The notes under the pieces: model-generated
What the model was told of the DNA's origin: nothing
What the model saw: the letters and a program-made list of their open reading frames with translations, nothing else
Database searches by the model: none
Position numbers and translations under genes: made by a program
Shown: positions 54,575-64,000 of the stretch, piece after piece
How positions within the stretch are numbered: position 1 is the first letter of the stretch
Layout of the letters: the number at the start of each line of letters is the position of its first letter
Source: Octopus vulgaris
Lineage: Eukaryota
DNA: 64,000 nt
Direction of reading: 5' to 3'
Assembly (NCBI GenBank): GCA_951406725.2
Contig: OX597837.1
Coordinates: forward strand, 17,608,001-17,672,000

Positions 54575-55423
54575 GTGAGTCGTGTGCAACACTAGAACTT
54601 TTGTCCCTCTCTGTCTATTCATTATCAATCTTTCAACTCCTGTCTGTAACTGGCTGAGTTACAAGTGGGGCCATACTCTCAACTATAAAGAAAAAGCTCA
54701 ATGAAGAGTTAGACTGCCAACAGGGATAGTACAACCATGCAAGAAAAGCCTGTTCCCTCAACACACAATTACATGGTGAACTTCAAAGGATTTTTTTTTA
54801 AAATATTAAGTGATTTATGGTGGAGCAAAATTAGAATTGAGTTTACCTTTATTACCTCTTCATAGACTGTATATTCCTTAATATTGTAACCATCTTTGAA
54901 AGTAGTAGCCAATGCAGAAGTCTTTCATTTTCTAAATCATCATTTTGGTCAGTTTTATTTTGTCCAGAAAAACACCTAATTTTCCATTTTGAGAACACAT
55001 ACTGATCAGGTGCTGTAAATTTTGGAAAAAATTCTCACACAAAAGGGAATATTTTTGTGTGTTGTGCTCAGTAAATCTGTATACCGTTTACATCTGTAAA
55101 AGCCTTCACTTTTATACTCATTATCACAAGTCTAACTTTCAAAAATAGTTCAATCATTTGAATTATTTGCCATATTTTGCTTATAAATTCTTTGTTTTTT
55201 GGGGGGTTTTTTGGCTAATTTAAAAAAAAACATGTATTTTGAAATGTCAAATAGTAAGCTCTCTACTGGTGTATGTGGATTTTCCTGTACAAGAGTAGCA
55301 CACAAGGAAATACTTGTTAACTGCAGTACACTTTGTTTATATTTTATTGAAATAGAGAGTTACTACTGACTGGTATGACAATATAATAATATTCAAATAT
55401 GGTAAAATATGTAACATGTTTAA

Positions 55424-56468
55424 CCCTTTCGTTACTATATTTCTGACCAAAATACACCCCTTATGTGTTTCAATTAATTTCTAACATAATCATAAATTTA
55501 GTCTGGTTTCATTAAACAACTATAACTTTTTTATTTATCAATATATTAACGTGAATTTTGGAAGATAATTTAATGAAATGTTCTCAACCAATTCTATACA
55601 ATAATTTTTGTCACAAAGTGACTCTAATTGCAGGTAGATACAGGTAAATTCAACAAAGTATAAAATTATTGAAATTTTGTTCATAGAAAATGGGTTATTA
55701 GCTAATATTCAATTGGGTATACAACAAAATTTTACGATAGAATTTGTTATTCTGGGTAACTTTCTGATACCCATAATAATATTTATGGCAAAATAGTCTT
55801 AATTTCACTAACTATCCTTTCTTTCGTTTTGTTTACATTTAGCGTAACGGTTCGTTTCCGCCGTAATGATTTCAAATAGGCTCATTCGAAAAAGTAAAAA
55901 GAAATAGTCTAAGGCTTTACTCTTCTGGGAAAGTCTGTGGCTTGGTCCAGTTTCTTCAGAAAAATCACCGAAAGAAACAGTTTTTAAATTTTCACTCCAT
56001 TCAGGTGCCAATTCATTTTCTTTATCGCTGTCGGAGCTCTCAAATTCACTGTTTTCACTTTCGGAAATTGAAACATCAGATTCATTATCAAATACCACAT
56101 GCTTTTTTTTTTCAGTCATAGAGTTAGATTTATGAAGGTCTTCAGTAGAAAATCCTTCGAATTCTGATTCGCTGCTTGATATAATGAAATTCGTATCTAT
56201 TTTTTGTCAGAATTACAAATTTTGAAAACACAATAGGAACAAATTTCGGAAAAAATCTTCCAAAATTCACGGAATTAAAATTACACTTCGATTTTTGTAC
56301 AAAACTGTAGTTGAACTCTTTACGAAGTATAATACGTATTTTCACGAATGTACGAAAGAGATTTGCTCTGATATTCTCATTTAAATATGAATAGGTAAAT
56401 TCGGGCGGCTTTGGTCAGTTTGGTCACATTAACCAAAATTTGTTTCGGGCGGTTTGGTAACGAAAGGG
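55424..56468 (-). mobile_element. Internally deleted piggyBac-family transposon
   Basis: TTAA duplications at 55420-55423 and 56469-56472; 12-bp TIRs CCCTTTCGTTAC; ORF 56119-55808 has an acidic N-terminus and ALDYFFLLF...IITAETNRYA, typical of piggyBac transposase N-termini. Confidence 0.9.
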
Positions 56469-57267
56469 TTAATAAGGAATGTAACCCTATTGAAATTTGA
56501 AAATTATTGTACATAATTTGCATGTATTGTACCTAATTTGATTTGTATAAATAGATACACACAATTGTTTTTGAAGATACAGCTAAGCTAAATAACCTGC
56601 ATATCAAGTTTGATTTGTGTACTACTTACACATATTAATTTGCTGTATTTAGTAATTATTCAAATGTCTTTCTACATTTCTGGGTGAAATTTTTACTGAA
56701 AACTACATTTTCTAGAATTTGTTGTGCATGATACACAGTAAATTTGATTTGTTTATGAATTGAAAACTTGTATAAATATGATACCTAATGTATACAACCA
56801 TTATTGCCACTACAACATACTACAACCACTAATCCTCACTGTTTCTTCTACCACTTCTACTAAAGTGTCTGTAGCTGTGAGCTGATCCCTATTAAAAGTA
56901 CAATAATCCACAGAGTTAGTATACCTCTCTGGGTTCTGCCATGTTTAATAGATTAGAGATAAATCTCCTCCAAGATAAGGCACTATCAGTAATAGCTCCT
57001 GTTGCAGGGTGAATTCAATTCAAAACTGCAAGGTAACTAATCATCCACTTGAGGTAACTTTTGTGTAATCACTCAACCTGTTAGAAATAACAGCCAAAGC
57101 TCTCTCAAATCAAAGAAGACACATTAAAGAAGATGTATCGAGATACATCATGACTGATATAAAAGCAAATTGGTCATGACCTTTGACCAAAGGTTTACAC
57201 TTTCATTGTTTGATCAACAACAAATTATTCAGACCTACATATAGCCATCAGACTGAACTGCTGACAA

Positions 57268-57600
57268 TTAAGTGTCTTGGTCATAGACACTGTGCTGTGA
57301 GCTCTATCATATTGTGGTGCCTAATTACAGCTAGATAGACTGGACCCTTAATAGTTAAGTGCCTTGGTCATAGAGACAGTACTGTGAACCATACCATACT
57401 GTGTAACCTACTTACAGCTAGGTGAATTGGATTGTTGATGGTTAAGTATCTGGGATATGGACACATTAGTGAACTGTACCACACTATAGTACCTATGTAC
57501 TATTAGGTCAGCTGGACTGTTCACAGTTAAGTTCCTTGGTCATAGATACAGTACAATACACTATAGTACCTACTTAGAGCCAGGTTGGCAGGATTATTGA
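57268..57600. repeat. Degenerate ~87-bp minisatellite, about 4 units
   Basis: TTAAGT..CTTGGTCATAGA.AC recurs at 57268, 57355, 57442 and 57527. Confidence 0.7.
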
Positions 57601-59235
57601 GTCTTTAGCCATGATCATAACCTGTAACAAGATGTGAACTGCTGACACCTTTGCTGGTCATTCAGTACCCTATCCACTTAGTAAATCACAAACTCAAAAG
57701 GTTAAGTATTGGATCAGTGAACACCTATGATGGCAATAGACTTTATTGAAAAAGTGTGGAAGATAAATATTGATTCATCTTATCATCTGTAGCTACCTCT
57801 TCCTCCACCTGAGGGCCAAGCTGACTATGGAAGGTAAACATTCAGGCTAATTGTTCTGCAGAATCACACACCTTTCCTTCCTGGACTTGTCTCCAACTAT
57901 CCATGTAATCTTTAACAAGAACTCCTTATCACAGAACCAAGAATAATTTCAAAATTTTGTAGGAATTGTCCTTTATCACTTAAATCAGTGGATCTCAAAC
58001 TTATATTGTCAAGGAACCCTTATGCAATTTCCTATGAATATTTCCTACCTATATTTTACAGATAATCTGCACTACTCTAACTTTGATTAACCATTAAAGG
58101 AAACACAGATTATTTTACTGAGAAAAATATATTCACATAGACGTTGATAACTTTACTTTGAAAAAATATACACTATTTCTTTTAAAATTCATATTAAAAG
58201 CTCCTTTATCTTGCAAAATTCTAAACATTTTTCATAGGACTCTGAGATTTCTTTGAATACACTTTTAGAAACACTGGATTAAATTACAAAAACAAATGAA
58301 CCAGAATTAACTCGATTGCTGTATTAGTAAATTCTCATTTAAATAAATTCACTGAAAGTGATTTCAAATTTAAATTTTAAAATTCCACCATGACATTCAT
58401 CTGAAACAATGATTAAGAAAGGCATCAATATCACTCCTCTGTGTCACATATCTCCACTCCAGAGCAATTTAAACATTGGTGAAGAGGTTAAATTCTAAGA
58501 TATCCAAATCTACAGATATGTTGTAATGATGCCATTGGTTAAAACAATATGAAAGCTTGGTTTGCTTGATGTTATACAACATCTAATTGTTTTATGAACA
58601 TATAATATATATATATAGGTAATATAATACAATAATAATGTTTTTAGTGAGAAGGATGCAATTGATTTTGAGAAAGACTTTTGTCCAAATGTGGCTCTAA
58701 ATTAGATAAATACATAACTCCTCATCTACCATCTGCGATCGTTCCCATTTTTTTTACTTCATTTCCATAAGTGCAGAGATCCCCAATTCACAAAGATACG
58801 ATGATCCAAAAGGCAACAGAGATTTAATGGCTGTAGTAGTTAATCAAGGATATTGGCCCCAAAGCGAAATCCATATCTCGTACATTTGATAATTAAGTGA
58901 TGAAAATGATACAGAGAGGTTTTTTACTGTCTTCTGCACTTCTGACAAAATTTTTAATTTGTTTGGAAAAGCTTCTACACATGGGAAGCAATCAAACTGT
59001 GAGTTTTTAACTTTCCTTATCCACAATTATAACTTGTCGGTGAAAGACTTATAATGGAAGGAAGATTTTTATGATACTTTTGGGGAATCTTCTTCTTTCA
59101 TTATAACTATTCTGTTGATTCAAGGAGCTGGAAATGCGAAGAATGAAGTTTTCAGGCAGACTAAATTCAATAACCGTTTATTCACGGGTGCTTCATACAA
59201 GGGGTTTGCTTTCAGTAACCATCTTAACAGCATTG

Positions 59236-61010
59236 TGTAGTTAGCCTTCACTCCCATACACGTGAGGTTCAATAACCTCTGGAGACAATGCATGTGGTAT
59301 CACAGCAGGACAAAAATCTGCTTTGAGCTCCTGGCTTCAAAGTCTTGTTCACATCAGCGTGAGAAGAATGAGAAGGAAAATGTTGTTGTCTCTTCTTTAA
59401 ATAATGGTTGAGATCTCGTTTTTGTCTTGTGTATGGCAATGGTTGCAGGCGAGATCTCACTGTTTCAAAATGGCGCTGGCTTCTTTGTGCCTCACTACAG
59501 GGGCACCCCCTGAGACCACCAGTGCAAAAATAGAGAATAACTGGAGCAGGCACAAGAAAAGGGCAAAGATGGTAACTGATTGAAAACAACAACATATGGT
59601 ACAAAAATGTAACAAGTCAAAAAGAAAAATAATTGCAAGAAATATGAATTGGCATACACAAAATTTGACAAAATATTCAATGGTAGAGTACTGGAATTTT
59701 TCATTAACACTAGAAAGCAATTGTTTGTCACAGGAAACACAAAAGAGATTGTCAGATATAAATAGTTTTGTAAAGTTTTTGGAGGCCAGTGCACAGTGCG
59801 GCCTGTCCTGGTGACATAAGGTTTGTTTGTGTTAGGTTGTGATGACGTAGGTGATGGTGTGGTCAAAGGTGCATGTGTGGGTAGGTGTGTAGGTGGTTGT
59901 AAAGGATCAAAAGCGGGCATGGCCAGTGTCATCAAAGGGTGTGGAAACCTCAAAATATACCTTTTTAAGTCTGTTGACTGACACGGTCTCTGCCCAACCA
60001 TTGATGTCGAGACTAAAAGTTTTGGTAGGACATGAGAGGGAATAGATACATTGGTGAAAGACTCGAGAAATATGAGCGAAGTCTGGTGACATACGATGTT
60101 GGATCAGGATGCGATGAATTGGCTGGTGCTAACATTGTACTAGGAACTGTCAAGGTGGTACCGTAAAGGAGTTGACAGAGGAGAAAACTAAGTCTGTCTT
60201 AACGGCAGTGCAACAACCAAGAAGAACGATAGGCAGGAATTCTGTCCAAGACTGCAGATCAGGAGTGGCACATAGAGCAGCCTTTAGTTTCCTGTGAAAA
60301 CGTTCGACCATCCCATTGGAAGCTGGATGGTAGCTGGTTGTATGAATGTGATAAACACCTAGAATTCGTGATAATTCACGAAATAAGGAAGCTTCGAACT
60401 GGCGTCCACAGTCAGTGGTTATCTTAGCTTGAACACCAAAATGAGCTATCCAATTAGAAATGAAAGCTCAAGCAACCGACTCAGCAGAAATGTCCATTAC
60501 AGGAATGGCTTCAGGCCAACGAGAGAAACGATCAATGCTTATTAATATGTAAGAGAAACCATGACTGACAGGCCATGGTCCAACCAGATCAATGTGGACA
60601 ACTGTCCAAGAGGAGCACAAATGTGCCTGTAGATTTTAGAACGTTGGCATTTCGCACAAGGGCATGCCCAAGTGGTGATCATCCAGCACATATTAGGCAA
60701 GAAAAACTCAAGTCATAACAAGTTTCACTGAGGCAGCGATGCCAGGATATGACAGTGAATGCAAGGCATCAAAAATGGAACACTGGTGGTTCTCAGGTAC
60801 AAACGGCCTGGGAGAACCAGTAGCTGTGTCACAAAGGATTGTGCTTTCAGCAGAAGGAAGTGGAAGATAGGCAAATTTGCAACAGGACAACTTGGTAGAA
60901 GTTAGATCCAAAGTGTCTAGAGCTGGCTGATCCTGTGCAATGGCAGTTAAATCAATTGCAGCAAGAGATGAAATAGAACACACAGGGAGATGAGAGAGTG
61001 CATCAGTAGA
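59236..61010 (-). mobile_element. Gypsy/Ty3 LTR retrotransposon remnant: integrase region, PPT and 3' LTR
   Basis: ILCDTATGSPRPFVP, HIDLVGP, IDRFSRWPEAIP, HTTSYHPASNGMVERFHRKLKAAL, ETVSVNRLKK and VTRTGRTV motifs. An AGGGGG tract precedes a 264-bp LTR (59499-59236) bounded by TGTAGT...ACTACA. Confidence 0.85.
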
Positions 61011-61278
61011 AGCTCATATTAGATAATTTAGCAATCCCTAAAAAGACAGCATAGTCACACATGGAATGCCTTTTGTCAATGGTCTACTCAATCAGGATTG
61101 AGCCAGAGCTAAACAGCAATATCAATTACAATTTTATCTTTCATTCTTCCAAAACAGGTACTAGTAATATACTGGGGTTTGACTCAGCCAACAATATTTG
61201 TGCCTCACAAAGAGATCATTATTGCAGGGCTTACCTTATTTTAAGCATTTCTCTCTCACATTGCTGTTTTTGTTGTAG

Positions 61279-61453
61279 ACTAAAAAGCAAGTTGCAGTTC
61301 ATCAGTTGGAACAAAGAGGGATGGAAAACCGGTCTGTGTTCTGTTCCACCTGTGGGTCACCCATATTCTTTGTTAACACTAGCAAACAATACTTGCATCC
61401 AACAAACATTTGGAGATCTCCGGGACAGATATATGAAGCTTTACAGACGCAAG
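61279..61453 (+). CDS. TUBE1: Epsilon-tubulin exon, last one visible in the window
   Basis: ttgtag|(R)LKSKLQFISWNKEGWKTGLCSVPPVGHPYSLLTLANNTCIQQTFGDLRDRYMKLYRRK|gtttgc; phase 2/0. The nine exons total 1188 nt, open in one frame. Confidence 0.95.
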
Positions 61454-62191
61454 GTTTGCTCTCTGGTTTCTGTCTTCTGGTGTGTGTGTGTGTGTGTGTG
61501 TGCGTGTGCGTGCGCGTGTACTGTGTAAAAAAATTCTTCATCTTTCGATGGTACTGTAGTAGTGTTCTGGAGTATTGTAGATGTATCTAAGTGTTTTGGG
61601 TATGGTTTGATATATAGTGGTAAGGACTGTATGCATTTTCAGGAATTGGGCCTCTTTTATGTAATTTAGTTTCTGCAAGAAGAAATGAGTGTGTGTAAAG
61701 ATGAGAAGCTATTATCATAATCCTCATTATCATTTTAATATCCACTTTCCCATGCTTGCATGAATCAGATGATAACTTTGTTAAAGTAGATATTTCTTTG
61801 ACCAGATGCTCTTCCTGTCACCAGACTTCACCTGTTTTCAAGCAAGGTAATATTTTCCAAATCTAACCAGCAACAAGCAGCCTTAACAGAATTTTATGAA
61901 GGGCTACAAACAGACAACAGTTTTTATATGCACTATGACCCTTTTTTTTTTATAATGTGCATGCACTTGTCAAGACAAAAAGAATACAGACTCACTCTCT
62001 CTGACATACACTTATTGCAGTGATATGAAACTTGAGTCATGGCATGTGTAAAAGGCTTCTTCCAGTTTCTGTCTGCTAAATTTTACTCTGAAGATATTAG
62101 TCATTCGTGGCTATAAGTAGAAGACACCAGCCAAAAGTGTCCCTGCAGTTGGAATGACATGGTTCCAAAGCAAACTTCTTAACCACACAGC

Positions 62192-63371
62192 CATCATCAT
62201 CATCATCATCATCGTTTAACGTCCGCTTTCCATGCTAGCATGGGTTGGACGGTTCAACTGGGGTCTGGGAAGCCCGAAGGCTGCACCAGGCCAGTCAGAT
62301 GTGGCAGTGTTTCTACAGCTGGATGCCCTTCCTAACGCCAACCACTCCGAGAGTGTAGTGGGTGATTTTATGTGCCACCGACACAGGTGCCAGACGAGGC
62401 TGGCAGACGGCCACGCTCGGATGGTGTTTTTTATGTGCCACCGACACAGGTGCCAGACGAGGCTGGCAGACGGCCACGCTCGGATGGTGTTTTTTATGTG
62501 CCACCGACACAGGTGCCAGACGAGGCTGGCAGACGGCCACGCTCGGATGGTGTTTTTTATGTGCCACCGACACAGGTGCCAGACGAGGCTGGCAGACGGC
62601 CACGCTCGGATGGTGTTTTCTTATGTGTCACCGACACAGGTGCTAGACGAGGCTGGCGGACGGCCACGCTCGGATGGTGTTTGTTACGTGCCCTCAGCAC
62701 GGAGGCCAGTCATTGCGGTACTGGCTACGGTCACGTTCGGATGGTTTTCTTATGTGCCACCGGCACTGGTACCACAAGGATACAAATTCCATTGATGTTC
62801 ATCTATTTTGATTTGGTTCGATTTGATTTGATACGATTCGATTCTCACTTGCCTCAACAGGTCTTCACAAGTGTCACAAGAAGGAAGGTATGCACAGGTG
62901 GACTGACTACGTCCCAGGTAGGGGCCACGGATTATGGCTTCACTAGTCTTGCCGGGTCTTCTCACGCACAGCATACTTCCATAGGTCTCGGTCTCTAGTC
63001 ATTTCCATGGTGAGACCTAACGTCCGAAGGTCGTGCTTCACCACCTCATCCCAGGTTTTCCTGGGTCTACCTCTTCCACGGGTTCCCTCAACTGCTAGGG
63101 ATTGGCACTTTCTCACACACCTCTCTTCATCCATTCTCGCCACATGACCATACCAGCGCAATCGTCTCTCTTGCACACAACAACTGATGCTTCTTAGGTA
63201 CAACATTTCTCTCAAGGTACTAACGCTCTGTCGAGTAAGTACACTGACATTACACATCCATCGGAGCATACTGGCTTCGTTCCTCACGAGCTTACGCATG
63301 TCCTCAGCAGTCACGGCCCATGTTTCACTGCCATGTAGCATAGCTGTTCGTACACATGCATCATACAGTCT
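62192..63371 (-). mobile_element. RTE LINE 3' end with five 63-bp tandem units in the UTR
   Basis: [18 protein letters not shown]...LRWYGHVARM...GRGRPRKTW; units start at 62369, 62432, 62495, 62558 and 62622; (GAT)n tail. Confidence 0.92.
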
Positions 63372-64000
63372 CGTCTGATGATAATCATTTCTGTCAGGTG
63401 CAATGCAACAAATTTGTGGAAAGAGTGTAGACATTTTAAAATCAACCATTGTAACTGACTGCTACTTTATTTTAATCGCTCTGGAAAAATAAAAGGCAAA
63501 GTTTGAGCTCAACCAAATTTGAACCTAAAACATAAGGGATTTAACCAAAATCCTCCAAGGTATTTTATCTAACATTCTACCAATTTTGCCACGTTCAAAG
63601 ATAATGAGTTAAAGCAAAATGGATGATTGGAAAATAAAGATGAAGGTGGTGGTGGCGGTGGCGGTGGTCATAGTGACGATAGTGGTGGCATCTGTGATGG
63701 CAGTAGTGGTGACGATAATGATGATGAGAATGCTAACAACAGTGTTAATTTTAAAATCTGTTCTAATCAACCCTGTCATGATTGAGAAATACTAAATTAA
63801 AGTTAAAATAATCTACCACCACCACTACCATCCTTACCACACACACCTCTGATTTGAGGATACCTGAAATAGAAGAATTTTGAGGATACACTTGAAAGGC
63901 ATTCTGGAAGACAGGGACTGGTAGAGGTGTGGGTGTGTGTGTATGAGCATGTGTATGTGTGTAATCGTGGTTCTATTTAATACTAGCATTATGTGTGTGT

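Noticed and set aside
62369-62690. Regular repeats resembling a CRISPR array or a repeat protein ([21 protein letters not shown])n
   Set aside because: Units are directly adjacent with no unique spacers and no cas genes nearby. They lie antisense in an RTE 3' UTR, and the 63-bp period explains the repeated ORFs.

Overview
Eukaryotic, AT-rich, repeat-saturated animal DNA, most likely a coleoid cephalopod such as Octopus (inferred from the SINE/LINE families and microsatellite load, not proven). The only host gene I can support is epsilon-tubulin (TUBE1) on the + strand. It has nine GT-AG exons between 28053 and 61453 that splice in frame into 396 codons; the first exon(s) and the last exon are not in the window. 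The rest is intronic or intergenic and consists of a ~10 kb (TA)n field plus many transposon copies: RTE, CR1, Tx1/L1 and R4/Dong-like LINE fragments, tRNA-derived SINEs, a full-length mariner, an internally deleted piggyBac, a Gypsy remnant with its LTR, a Helitron-like element and several Penelope-like elements (PLEs). The most notable structures are PLE-related. They are an uninterrupted Naiad-type RT frame missed by the ORF track, a Neptune-type GIY-YIG element with inverted termini and a minimal hammerhead ribozyme, three further degenerate hammerhead motifs, and two copies of a near-perfect ~230-bp palindrome whose central base is flipped between copies. I found no prokaryotic system and no CRISPR array. 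Almost all YIYI/HTHT ORFs in the track are microsatellite artefacts.
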